64,000 bases of DNA from a virus. Of this stretch, positions 38,359-47,149 are shown in pieces. The notes beneath the pieces are model-generated. The model ran no database searches, was not told the origin of the DNA, and was given only the letters and a program-made list of their open reading frames with translations. Location: IMG/VR virus record IMGVR_UViG_3300042901_002277; one strand, given 5' to 3'. How positions within the stretch are numbered: the stretch's first letter is position 1; each line of letters opens with the position of its first letter. The position numbers and the translations under genes were made by a program.

Positions 38359-38676
38359 TTAGAACTCGTAGGAGTAGTAGTACCTGCGACCACTCAAGTG
38401 AAGGACAGCCCAACTATCCAAGGAGTCGCCAACCTGAACCCACCTTCCGTTTTTACGGAGTGTAAAGCAAGTGGTTGGGTTGTTTGGGTTTGGTGTAATT
38501 TCCCAGTCGTTACTGTAAGGCTTCGCACCTTCGGCTGGCTTGACATCATCTTGCTGAACAATAATTTTCTTGCCATTTTCGCTAACGAAAACAATCGTTA
38601 CTGAGTGGGTGTCCACTCCATTGCTAACGTGTGCGCCGTTTCCGACTACTGGCTTCGTTCTTTCTTTGGTTTCCAT
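38359..38676 (-). CDS. Hypothetical protein
   Basis: FTLRKNGRWV..GRRYY; own promoter and terminator. Confidence 0.65.
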   Translation of the reverse strand: METKERTKPVVGNGAHVSNGVDTHSVTIVFVSENGKKIIVQQDDVKPAEGAKPYSNDWEITPNPNNPTTCFTLRKNGRWVQVGDSLDSWAVLHLSGRRYYYSYEF

Positions 38677-38756
38677 TGTGTCCCCTTTCGTGGAACTCGT
38701 TTACAAATGAAACATTACAGCATGAGATACCAAATTTCCAAAATAGAACGAACAGG

Positions 38757-38770
38757 CGAACAGGTGTTCG
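38757..38770. promoter_or_regulatory. LexA (SOS/Cheo) box
   Basis: CGAAC-AGGT-GTTCG just upstream of the 38726 promoter. Confidence 0.75.
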
Positions 38771-38881
38771 GTCTTTATGGGTTAGCCCCGGTATACCGGC
38801 AGACTACGACGGGGCTTTGCTCTAGAAAGAGAGTGTTACCGTTTCTGGTAACACCCTCTTTGATTATGGTGAGCCAGCTGG

Positions 38882-39139
38882 CTAGAGCGAGCTCGCCATG
38901 CGACAGGTCTTGCGATACTGGCCTTTGGCAGCCTCAATCATGAGAGCCCATGCAGCCTCGTCAGGGCAGACAGCGAGCACAAGCAGCTGGAAGTTCTCCA
39001 TGCCGAAATTCTTGTGAGTGCGGCGAGCCTTACGGAGTGCTGCGTCTTGGGGGTTCTTGGTAGCAGCGTCAAAAATATACAGCTGCTCATAGACAGACGG
39101 GTCAAACCCGTCAGACCAAAGGATACGGACAGTGAACAT
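38882..39139 (-). CDS. Hypothetical protein
   Basis: SD GAAAGGGG before MFTVR. Confidence 0.55.
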   Translation of the reverse strand: MFTVRILWSDGFDPSVYEQLYIFDAATKNPQDAALRKARRTHKNFGMENFQLLVLAVCPDEAAWALMIEAAKGQYRKTCRMASSL

Positions 39140-39205
39140 ATAAACCCCTTTCATGGGTGGTAGGTACCCCAAACATTACAGTACGAGATACCAAATTTCC
39201 AAAAG

Positions 39206-39219
39206 CGAACACTTGTTCG
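39206..39219. promoter_or_regulatory. LexA (SOS/Cheo) box
   Basis: CGAAC-ACTT-GTTCG abutting the 39187 promoter. Confidence 0.75.
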
Positions 39220-39376
39220 CATAGCCCCGGCTACTGACTTATGGAAGCACTTTCTGTTTCCATTAGGTGAAGCCGAATATCAAGAAGCAAGTCCTGCATT
39301 TCGCTTGACGCCACAAGTTCACGGCTAGAGATATTGACTAGCGCCTTATCAAGAAGTGTGATTATTTCTTTTTCGT

Positions 39377-39559
39377 TCATTGTGGGCAGTCCTCGTATGG
39401 GTTGGGGTTTCCTTCATTGTCCTCGCAAGAACAGAAGCCGAATAATTCTACTTGAGTTTCGTGAGTGAGTTCAGTCAAGTCCTCGTATGACGGGGAGCCC
39501 CGTAGTTCCTCTATCACTAAACTCCAAAAGTCTACGAAAAGTTTCTCTTGTGAGTTCAC
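39377..39559 (-). CDS. Small hypothetical protein
   Basis: SD GAAAGGGAG. Confidence 0.5.
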   Translation of the reverse strand: MNSQEKLFVDFWSLVIEELRGSPSYEDLTELTHETQVELFGFCSCEDNEGNPNPYEDCPQ

Positions 39560-39581
39560 TTCTTGCTCCCTTTCGTTGTGA

Positions 39582-40259
39582 TTATGGATTTGACCTTGTG
39601 TATGGGTTCACCCAAGTTCCGTTAGCCCTGAAGTATCCTGAAACATAACTGTTTCGTGGCAAGCCGTTCACTTTTGACGGAACTCCATAACAGATACCCA
39701 CACAACTACTAGCGCTCGGAACTGCTATGGAAGGCACTCTTGTCGCTGGATTGATAACTGGATAACCCGCTGGTTTAATTCTTGTAGTAGTTCCGTATGT
39801 ATTCCAAGAAATTGGTGGAAGGGTAATTGGAGATTGCTGTGGGTTGAAGTTGATTGGTGGAAGGGCAATTGGTTTCCAAGTACTTGGCGTCCAAGAAATT
39901 GGTGGGATAGTAATCGGCGTGTATGGACCGTATCCACCAAAAGAAACTGGCAGAGTTATGGTTGGGGCGATTACTGGTGATGCAACTGGGACAACTATCG
40001 GAACGGTTGTGGTTGGGATTGTTGTGGTTGTAGCGTTCGGCATAGGTGCAACAAAAGAAACATTTCCACTTACTGCTATGTACTTTACAAAATTACACTT
40101 TTCGTCAAATAGCGGAGCCATTCCTGTTGGGTATGGTTTATTGGTAGACCAAAAAGACAACATAATAGGGTGGCAGTCAGTAGTCGCTTTTGCTTGACTG
40201 GCAAAAGATAGCGCCACTCCAGTTACTAAAACTACGAGTGCTGTCTTTAGTGCTTTCAT
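39582..40259 (-). CDS. Secreted Pro/Thr-rich protein
   Basis: Signal peptide (AKA); PITLPPISW repeats; C-terminal YVSGYFRANGTWVNPYTRS motif. Confidence 0.7.
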   Translation of the reverse strand: MKALKTALVVLVTGVALSFASQAKATTDCHPIMLSFWSTNKPYPTGMAPLFDEKCNFVKYIAVSGNVSFVAPMPNATTTTIPTTTVPIVVPVASPVIAPTITLPVSFGGYGPYTPITIPPISWTPSTWKPIALPPINFNPQQSPITLPPISWNTYGTTTRIKPAGYPVINPATRVPSIAVPSASSCVGICYGVPSKVNGLPRNSYVSGYFRANGTWVNPYTRSNP

Positions 40260-40349
40260 TACTTATCCCCTTTCTAAGGGCTTGTTGTTGTCTCTATCGT
40301 AGGGCAACGGATACCAAATTTCAAAATCCACAAATAGCCCCGGTGGGTG

Positions 40350-40682
40350 CTATGCGCACTCTTCCATTACTTCGCCACCATCAGTTATGCGCAACTCGCA
40401 AGCGTTGTGTGTCGGTAGGTAGATGGTGTCGCCAATAGTAAGTGTCGTTCCGTACAACTCAACGAGCCTATCCACTACTTCCATAGTGTTGCCCTCGCAC
40501 TTTGTACGGGCTATCCAATAGAGAGTGTCGCCACTTTCTATTTTGACAGGCGTTCCGTCACAAAAGAACTCGCTGTCTTTCGTGTTCTGTCTGTCTAAGT
40601 ATCCAAATGCGAATACTGACGCAAGTGTTATTGCGATAGTGATAAGCACTGTCTTTGCTGTTCGGTAGGTGTTCTCGTTCAT
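40350..40682 (-). CDS. Membrane-anchored LysM protein
   Basis: TM followed by VKIESGDTLYWIA...LTIGDTIYLP. Confidence 0.75.
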   Translation of the reverse strand: MNENTYRTAKTVLITIAITLASVFAFGYLDRQNTKDSEFFCDGTPVKIESGDTLYWIARTKCEGNTMEVVDRLVELYGTTLTIGDTIYLPTHNACELRITDGGEVMEECA

Positions 40683-40687
40683 TGTGT

Positions 40688-41146
40688 TTATCGCCCTTCC
40701 CATAGCAGGTCTGTTTTTATATACACGACAATTCGTTTCACTCCGAACCCGAATAGAACTCCATAAAACAAGACAAAGAAAATTAGCGGATTTGTTGGGA
40801 CATTGTTTCGTAAAAAAGATGTATGTTCACCATAACCATAGATTGCTTCCATAGTTCTGTTGTACGAGATGTAGTAACCATAGGAATAGTCTCGTTCATT
40901 GTACAGAACCTCAGTGCATTGCTCCCCAGTTCCGTATGTTTCTCCACATACCTCTCCGAATACAGGCGTTGCGTTCGGATTGTAGTCCTCATTTACTACC
41001 CATTCGGTGTCAAACATTTTGTCCACAGTGAAAGTGGAAATACTGATTACGCCAAACAAACAAGCAACACAGACCACTGCTAAAGGTATGGATTTTCTTA
41101 CTAGTGGTATTTGTTTCTTTGCTGTTCGGTAGATGTTTTCGTTCAT
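40688..41146 (-). CDS. Two-TM membrane protein
   Basis: Two hydrophobic segments; N-terminus nearly identical to that of the downstream gene. Confidence 0.6.
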   Translation of the reverse strand: MNENIYRTAKKQIPLVRKSIPLAVVCVACLFGVISISTFTVDKMFDTEWVVNEDYNPNATPVFGEVCGETYGTGEQCTEVLYNERDYSYGYYISYNRTMEAIYGYGEHTSFLRNNVPTNPLIFFVLFYGVLFGFGVKRIVVYIKTDLLWEGR

Positions 41147-41420
41147 TGCTCTCCCTTTCAGTAGGTAACTAAATCATATCCGAGCCAATACCAAATTTCA
41201 ACGACCCCAAGGCGGGGCTATTTCGAGTTAGCGTGCAATTTGGAAATCTGGTATCACGGATAGTACGATTTACTTGTCCACGAGAAAAGGGGAAAGAAAT
41301 GAAAGTATCATCACACACGAAAACTAAGTGCGTAGAGTGCGGTCGGGTATTTGACCTGCTAGACGAGGAACAGGCAAATGAGTTTTTCTACGGTCACGAT
41401 TGCGAAGAGGGGGGTGAATA

Positions 41421-41588
41421 ATGAGCAAGAACATTATCTGCCCTACTTGTAGTGGCTTTATTCCGAACGGACATACGCCAGGTATGTACCCAGGTGCTAT
41501 TTCACGTAAAGACAACAAAACAGAGATTTGTTCGCAATGCGGTGAAGATGAGGCAATGGAAGATTTTTTCCGTATGATGAGCAAATGA
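41421..41588 (+). CDS. Small Zn-finger protein (not in ORF track)
   Basis: MSKNIICPTC...AISRKDNKTEICSQCG. Confidence 0.6.
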   Translation: MSKNIICPTCSGFIPNGHTPGMYPGAISRKDNKTEICSQCGEDEAMEDFFRMMSK

Positions 41589-41956
41589 GCGAAACACCTA
41601 ACAAGCCACAAGACATATTCGTAGGCAACACTTACGAGCAATGGAAAGAAATCGGCGAACAGCGAAACTGGGAAAGCGGGGCTAAAAGCGCAACTCGGCA
41701 GGAAATACAGGAAGCACTAGAGGAGTTAGGTGAAACTACCTTGCTTATGGACGGGTTTGACGAAGCCTTTATTGGTTGGTCACGCCGTATCAATGAGCCA
41801 CTACTCGCCGTCTATTCATATGACGCACTAATCAAGGTTTGTGTTGAGCGAGACGGTATGGATTTTGAGGAAGCCGTTGAGTATGTGGACTACAATGTCG
41901 TAGGTGCTTGGATTGGCGAACAGACACCAATAATCGTTATGCCCTTTATCCACTAA
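41585..41956 (+). CDS. Conserved phage hypothetical protein
   Basis: DGFDEAFIG...AVYSYD...EEAVEYVDYNVVGAWIGEQTP. Confidence 0.7.
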   Translation: MSETPNKPQDIFVGNTYEQWKEIGEQRNWESGAKSATRQEIQEALEELGETTLLMDGFDEAFIGWSRRINEPLLAVYSYDALIKVCVERDGMDFEEAVEYVDYNVVGAWIGEQTPIIVMPFIH

Positions 41957-41974
41957 TTTACTATCGGAGAAAAA

Positions 41975-42292
41975 GTGACATCAGTAGCAGTGAGAGTAAG
42001 CGCACCACCGAGAGGCGATTTGCCTTGTACTGGCAGGCAAGATTTGTTTTATGGCAAGTACGCCGAAAGACCTGAAGCACGATTGCGCCGTGAAGAAAAA
42101 GCCAAAAAAGTTTGCGCTACTTGTTCGCAGGCGACTACCTGCCGTGATTACGCCCGTAGTAATGGCGAAGTGTTTGGTATTTGGGGCGGAGAAACAGAAA
42201 TGGAGAGATATAGCGCAGGATTTATGTTGTCAGTACCACCCCACCTGTCACGGAGAGTTGTTACTATGAAAGAAAGATATGGGAACTTATAA
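41975..42292 (+). CDS. whiB: WhiB-family transcription factor
   Basis: C..CATC..C and GIWGG. Confidence 0.9.
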   Translation: MTSVAVRVSAPPRGDLPCTGRQDLFYGKYAERPEARLRREEKAKKVCATCSQATTCRDYARSNGEVFGIWGGETEMERYSAGFMLSVPPHLSRRVVTMKERYGNL

Positions 42293-42503
42293 CGATTTCC
42301 TCGCCACGATTTCTATTTACTACGAGACACAACTTGTAGCAGGTGGCGATTTGCGCTATGGACAAATGTATATGAGCCATCTTTGGGAAGTAAAGCCCCG
42401 CATAGCAGAGAAGCTAAGCAACTCTTTACTTGACCCATTTCATAGAGACAACTGCCCACCTAAAGTACACGAGTTTGTGGAAAGTCTTTGGTCTAGCGAA
42501 TAG
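42279..42503 (+). CDS. Hypothetical protein
   Basis: LRYGQ...DPF motif. Confidence 0.6.
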   Translation: MGTYNDFLATISIYYETQLVAGGDLRYGQMYMSHLWEVKPRIAEKLSNSLLDPFHRDNCPPKVHEFVESLWSSE

Positions 42504-42642
42504 GACAGCAAGACGAGCGACGAGGTTTCTGAATAACCCGTGAAGGCTTTGGTTCAGCCTCTTTTTTCTTCTTTTTTTCGTCATCAGCCATACAACAAGA
42601 ATACACCTTGTGTTTGGAGCTGAGCCCCGCTAACATTTCGGT

Positions 42643-42840
42643 ATGAGTATGCCCCCACTTTATACCTGCATCGTTTGCAACGGCGCAATTGACCCGAACT
42701 CGTCGCAGTCCTTGAGACTGGCAACGGTGTGGCTAAAGAGCAGTGGGAAGACAGTCCACGCAGTAGAGACAGAGATGTATCGCTATAGGCACGGCTTTTG
42801 TAGTCTCGGACCCAACTTTGAGCAGGACAGTTTGTTCTAG
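42643..42840 (+). CDS. Small Cys/His protein
   Basis: CIVC..HGFC. Confidence 0.45.
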   Translation: MSMPPLYTCIVCNGAIDPNSSQSLRLATVWLKSSGKTVHAVETEMYRYRHGFCSLGPNFEQDSLF

Positions 42841-43058
42841 CCAAGCCTCATTGCGCCAATTGTTTGGTTAGTTTCACCAAGTGTCTTGCCAGCCGTATTG
42901 TTTGTGACGGCAACCCGAGCGTCAAGGTTATTGAGTATGACCTGAACTTGGTCAAGTTTCCGATTTATTTCCTCAACCGAGTTCATTACCGACTTCATTG
43001 CTTGTTCTAAAGATGCTTCTATTTCCATATCGCCTAGCCTAGCAAGTATGATGAGCAA

Positions 43059-44981
43059 GTGCGACTTTACCTTGACCACGACTTATTAGCCCTTGACTTT
43101 CCGTATGACCCAGCACAAGTTGCTGAAGTCAAGTCAATAGCCGGGGCTACATGGGACAAGGTGGACAAACTTTGGAAAGCACCCGTAGCCTCAATTGACG
43201 AGGTGCGAGCATTTGCTATGAAGCATGAGTTTCAGATAACAGACGAAGTGCTTAGGTTTACAGCCCCAAAGAGAGCGTCACGAAAAGGCGTTTATCTCAA
43301 AGGCGACTGGACTTACATCCAATTCCCTTACGACAAGGTTGTGCTCAAAGCAGTAAAGCAAATAGCAGGGGTTACTTGGGATAACAAAGAGATGGCATGG
43401 AGAGCGCCACTCACCTCAACATCTGAAGCAATTGCGTGGGCTAACTCGTTTGGGGTGCTTGTATCGCCCGAAGTACACGGTGTATCTGCCTCGATAACCA
43501 AGAAACTAGATGAACTAAAGGAAGCCTCACGCTCAACTGACGCTGATATAGAAGTGCCTTCACTACAAGGAACGTTATTGCCTTACCAAAGAGCAGGCGT
43601 GGAGTATGCGTCTAAAGCCCGTAGAAGTTTTATCGCTGACGAGATGGGACTTGGAAAGACGATACAAGCGATAGCGACACTGGAATATTCGTCAAAAGAT
43701 AGCGAAGTGTACCCAGCAGTAATTGTCTGCCCCCCTTCACTTGTACTCAACTGGAAGTCAGAGTGGAACAGATGGTTGCCTAACAGGAGGGTTGCCGTTG
43801 TGACCAACCGTAGAGACATGCCAGAGCCCCGTTCGTATGATGTGCTCGTTGTCGGCTACTCAAACATCTCTCACTGGGAAAAGCAACTACTTGCGCATAA
43901 CTCTTATGTATTTGATGAGAGTCACTACGCAAAAAGCCCAACGGCACAACGTACTAAGTCGGCTATAAAGATGGCAAAGAGCGCACCTAAACACGGGATA
44001 GTCCTATGCCTCACTGGGACACCCGTAACGAATAGACCAGCAGAGTACGCCAGCCAACTAGACATAATCGGGAAACTGAAAGAGTTTGGTGGGTTGTGGG
44101 GATTTTATAGAAGGTATTGTTCAGCCTTCCAAGATAGGTTCGGTCAATGGAATATCAGCGGTCACTCGCACCTTGATGAACTAAACGACAGGCTTCGTGG
44201 TACTTGCTATATAAGACGAACTAAGTCGCAGGTACTTACAGAACTCCCACCGGTTATACACAGCACCCTTGTTGTTCAGGGAACTGATGCGGGGCTCAAG
44301 GAGTATCGTAAGGCAGAACAAGACATAATAAAGTACATAACCGACAGAGCAAAAGAGATAGCAATAGAACTCGGGGAGAGCCCGTACTCGGCAGCCGTTG
44401 TGGCGAGAATAAAAGCAGAAAGCAACGAACACCTCGTCAAACTGTCAGTACTTAGACGGCTTGCTGCGAAAGCCAAAATGCCAATGGTTGAGGAGTGGGT
44501 GCAGTCACGCATTGATGATGGCAAGAAAGTCGTAATCGCAGCGCACCATAGAGACGTTGTAGATGAACTCGCACGAAAGTTTGGCAACCTTCGCATTCAG
44601 GGCGGCATGTCGGTTGAGGAAGTGGAAGCACAAAAGGCACGCTTTCAGAACGAACCCGTAGAGACAGCGCCCGTCATTGTGTTGTCTATTCAGGCAGCCA
44701 AGACTGGTCACACACTCACAGCCTCACAAGACATACTTTTCGTAGAACTTCCGTACACGCCAGCAGACCTAGACCAAACTTATTCACGCCTTCATCGCAT
44801 TGGTCAGACTGGAAGCGTTACGACTACTTACATGCTGGTTGACGGGACTATTGACGAGGAAATCTATGCGCTCATAGAAAAGAAGCGCAAGGTAGTGAAC
44901 GCTTCGGTTGAGGGGGGAGAGTTCGCAGCAGGTGGTAACGCAACGCAGTTGGTACTTGACTTGCTCAACAGACATCGATAG
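43059..44981 (+). CDS. SNF2-family ATPase with two tandem HARP-like domains (SMARCAL1-like annealing helicase)
   Basis: ADEMGLGKT, DESH, LTGTP, SRLHRIGQ; duplicated FPYD..V..VK.IAG.TWD....W.AP N-terminal repeats. Confidence 0.9.
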   Translation: MRLYLDHDLLALDFPYDPAQVAEVKSIAGATWDKVDKLWKAPVASIDEVRAFAMKHEFQITDEVLRFTAPKRASRKGVYLKGDWTYIQFPYDKVVLKAVKQIAGVTWDNKEMAWRAPLTSTSEAIAWANSFGVLVSPEVHGVSASITKKLDELKEASRSTDADIEVPSLQGTLLPYQRAGVEYASKARRSFIADEMGLGKTIQAIATLEYSSKDSEVYPAVIVCPPSLVLNWKSEWNRWLPNRRVAVVTNRRDMPEPRSYDVLVVGYSNISHWEKQLLAHNSYVFDESHYAKSPTAQRTKSAIKMAKSAPKHGIVLCLTGTPVTNRPAEYASQLDIIGKLKEFGGLWGFYRRYCSAFQDRFGQWNISGHSHLDELNDRLRGTCYIRRTKSQVLTELPPVIHSTLVVQGTDAGLKEYRKAEQDIIKYITDRAKEIAIELGESPYSAAVVARIKAESNEHLVKLSVLRRLAAKAKMPMVEEWVQSRIDDGKKVVIAAHHRDVVDELARKFGNLRIQGGMSVEEVEAQKARFQNEPVETAPVIVLSIQAAKTGHTLTASQDILFVELPYTPADLDQTYSRLHRIGQTGSVTTTYMLVDGTIDEEIYALIEKKRKVVNASVEGGEFAAGGNATQLVLDLLNRHR

Positions 44982-45032
44982 CCCCGGCCTATCGTTTTAG
45001 AAATTTGGTATTTGGCTTGCTAAGCTTGCGTT

Positions 45033-45255
45033 GCCGCAAGGCACGAAGCGAAAGGGGCAAAAGAAACTAGGTATTCCTCCTGCAGGGGGCTTTATTAACG
45101 AAGTCGGCATGGCGACCGACAGGCCTAGGTTCTCCCTCTAGCCGAGAGAAGGCAAGGATACGCGAGGTGGCGTGTGTACACACGGCAGCCAAAAGGCAGT
45201 GCCCGAAAGGGACGCTTGAACCATCTCGCTAAGTCCTTGCTCTTTTTTCGGTTTT
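45033..45255 (+). ncRNA. Novel structured non-coding RNA (about 220 nt)
   Basis: Downstream of a repeat-class promoter (box 44995-45012, TAAGCT 45021-45026); no ORF of note; nested long stems, GNRA loops, terminal U-tract. Confidence 0.75.
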
Positions 45256-45265
45256 GTGGCGGGGC

Positions 45266-45688
45266 TTACTCGGCTTCTTTGGTTGGGACTCTGCCCATCA
45301 GTTCGTCAGCAATTAGTTTTGCGTACTTTCTGCGCAGTTTCCAGACTTTTTGGTTCATTTCAGCCATTGCGTCAGTCGTTCGTGCCTTCTTTATGCTGTC
45401 GCTGTCAAACACGCCGTACTTCTTGAACAAGATGTCGTCAATGTCATTGTTTTCTATCATTATGTCCGTAATCCAATGGCCCCGCTTGTCAATGCTAAGC
45501 AGAAGTTCGCAAAGACCTTCAAATCCGAACTCGTTATAGACACGATTGGTAACTAAGTCACAGAAATGCGCACGATACATCGTTTCTGCTTCAGCGGTGT
45601 GGCTCATAAACTCACTCAGCCATACGGCAAGCTCTTCTTTTGACGGAATATCGCCGTCTTCACTGTCAAACTCAAAGTCGTCTTCCAT
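45266..45688 (-). CDS. Hypothetical acidic protein
   Basis: 140-aa ORF with SD. Confidence 0.6.
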   Translation of the reverse strand: MEDDFEFDSEDGDIPSKEELAVWLSEFMSHTAEAETMYRAHFCDLVTNRVYNEFGFEGLCELLLSIDKRGHWITDIMIENNDIDDILFKKYGVFDSDSIKKARTTDAMAEMNQKVWKLRRKYAKLIADELMGRVPTKEAE

Positions 45689-45744
45689 TAGCCTGCCTTC
45701 CGTTACGCCGGGGCTCTAGTAATCAATGATACTTGTGCTAACTG

Positions 45745-46770
45745 TCAAGCCAGCGACAGAATAACTTCCTGCGCTAATACTTTCTTTTGCGTAACCCACG
45801 AGTTGTTGTTCATTGAGGCAAGCGCCCGTTCATCAGCCTTAGCGTCACGATAATGGTCTAGGTACTCGGCGATTGCGTTGTAAGCACTCCACCCGTTGTA
45901 CCCGTAGCCACCTGCATTTCGTTCGTTGTCGTACACTCCACGAACCAATGCCACTACTCCGTCACGATTTTTCTTTTGTCTCTCCGTACCGTTCATTTCG
46001 TTCGGGAATACCTTGTCAAGTATCGTGGCGAGTTGCGCACTTCGCGGTGGAACGTTGATAGCAAGCAACCGGTTGGCTGTAAGTTGGAACGACTTAGCCC
46101 ACTCTGTTGATATTTCTAGGACTTTTTGCGCTTCCTCAATGGCGTTATCAGCGTTACGAGTGTGTCGTGCCGTGAATACCCTACGGGCAGACGATTGACC
46201 TGCGATTACCGTGTTTTTGCATACTGCTCGTATCGAGGTATTAGCAAAGGTGATAGCCGTCTTACCGTCGTGACCATTGCGAACCAGTAGGTAACGGTCT
46301 ATCTTGTCATTGATACCGGTTGGGTCTATGACGAGTTGCCCCAAGTCAAGGGAACTAAAGAACTCTCTGCCTTCGTCAAGTACGCCACAAGTGTCTACAA
46401 CTGCGTCACCCTTAGAAGCGCCGACTATTGCAAGTGCGTAGTCCAAGCACTCACGGTTTTGCTGTACGACATAGCGTGTGCCTACCGTAGCCAGCCCGTC
46501 AAAGGTGCCATCAGGGTTCACTCTCACGGTTGCTCGGCTGTCCTCAATAACGATTGGCGTGCCATCAGGGTTTCTGATTAGGTTGCCATCAGTATCAACG
46601 ACTGCGACTTTAGTAGTGACGACATCAAAGTCTGCTTGCGCCGCCTGAAGCATTGCCTCTGCTGTCTGTAGTCCCTTCATAGGAACTCCTAGACGATGCC
46701 ACGGCACTTCACGGTCTGCGTAAGCCATTTTCGCTACGCCCTTAGTGTCTACCTCTAACCCGTGTGCCAT
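45745..46770 (-). CDS. DUF932-family phage/plasmid protein
   Basis: MAH..PWHRLG..Y.VQQN..NGHDG..IRAVCKNT..RHT..WSAYNAIAEYLDH. Confidence 0.85.
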   Translation of the reverse strand: MAHGLEVDTKGVAKMAYADREVPWHRLGVPMKGLQTAEAMLQAAQADFDVVTTKVAVVDTDGNLIRNPDGTPIVIEDSRATVRVNPDGTFDGLATVGTRYVVQQNRECLDYALAIVGASKGDAVVDTCGVLDEGREFFSSLDLGQLVIDPTGINDKIDRYLLVRNGHDGKTAITFANTSIRAVCKNTVIAGQSSARRVFTARHTRNADNAIEEAQKVLEISTEWAKSFQLTANRLLAINVPPRSAQLATILDKVFPNEMNGTERQKKNRDGVVALVRGVYDNERNAGGYGYNGWSAYNAIAEYLDHYRDAKADERALASMNNNSWVTQKKVLAQEVILSLA

Positions 46771-46870
46771 TTTCGTCTTGCCTTCCTATGCCTCTAGTTA
46801 GATTTATCTAAAGGCAAGCATACACTCTGCCCTCTTACCGCTAGAGCAAGTGGCTATAAGCCCCGGCTTT

Positions 46871-47149
46871 TCACTTCGCTTTGTCGTCTACGAATTCGGT
46901 ATAAGCCTTCACCGCTTCATCGGGTGCGCCGTCTACTAGGTACTGATACATAACGCCTGCGAGGTCACGCCACTTACCGTCACTAAGTATCTTTTCAGTA
47001 ATTGTGTAGCCTTCGTGTTCGGTTGCCCAACTAATTGAGTGGGGCTGTAACTTGTGTAGGTGCGCTACTGCTTCGTAGTAAGTGCTGAAACTCTCAAGCA
47101 CTGCGCCGTCTCTCGCTACTTCGTAACTAATCTGCGCTTCTGTGTTCAC
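46871..47149 (-). CDS. Hypothetical protein
   Basis: Coupled ORF. Confidence 0.55.
   Translation of the reverse strand: MNTEAQISYEVARDGAVLESFSTYYEAVAHLHKLQPHSISWATEHEGYTITEKILSDGKWRDLAGVMYQYLVDGAPDEAVKAYTEFVDDKAK

Larger units (their letters stand above)
25749..38816. repeat. 16 intergenic inverted-repeat brackets AGCCCCG-N(17-72)-CGGGGCT
   Basis: 25749-25787, 28472-28510, 29505-29543, 30162-30220, 30884-30922, 31607-31637, 32448-32501, 33043-33094, 34008-34050, 35268-35311, 35853-35895, 36432-36517, 37416-37456, 37914-37953, 38259-38298, 38784-38816; many more solo half-sites between 21.4 and 49.8 kb. Confidence 0.9.

Noticed and set aside
25749-38816. Classical integron attC sites
   Set aside because: No RYYYAAC/GTTRRRY ends, spacers are not self-complementary, cassettes carry their own promoters, and no tyrosine integrase is in the window
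41019-41027. DnaA box TTGTCCACA
   Set aside because: Single copy inside a coding region; expected by chance
45174-45539. 121-aa + strand ORF overlapping the ncRNA
   Set aside because: Starts inside a strong stem and is mostly antisense to 45266..45688; no recognisable protein features
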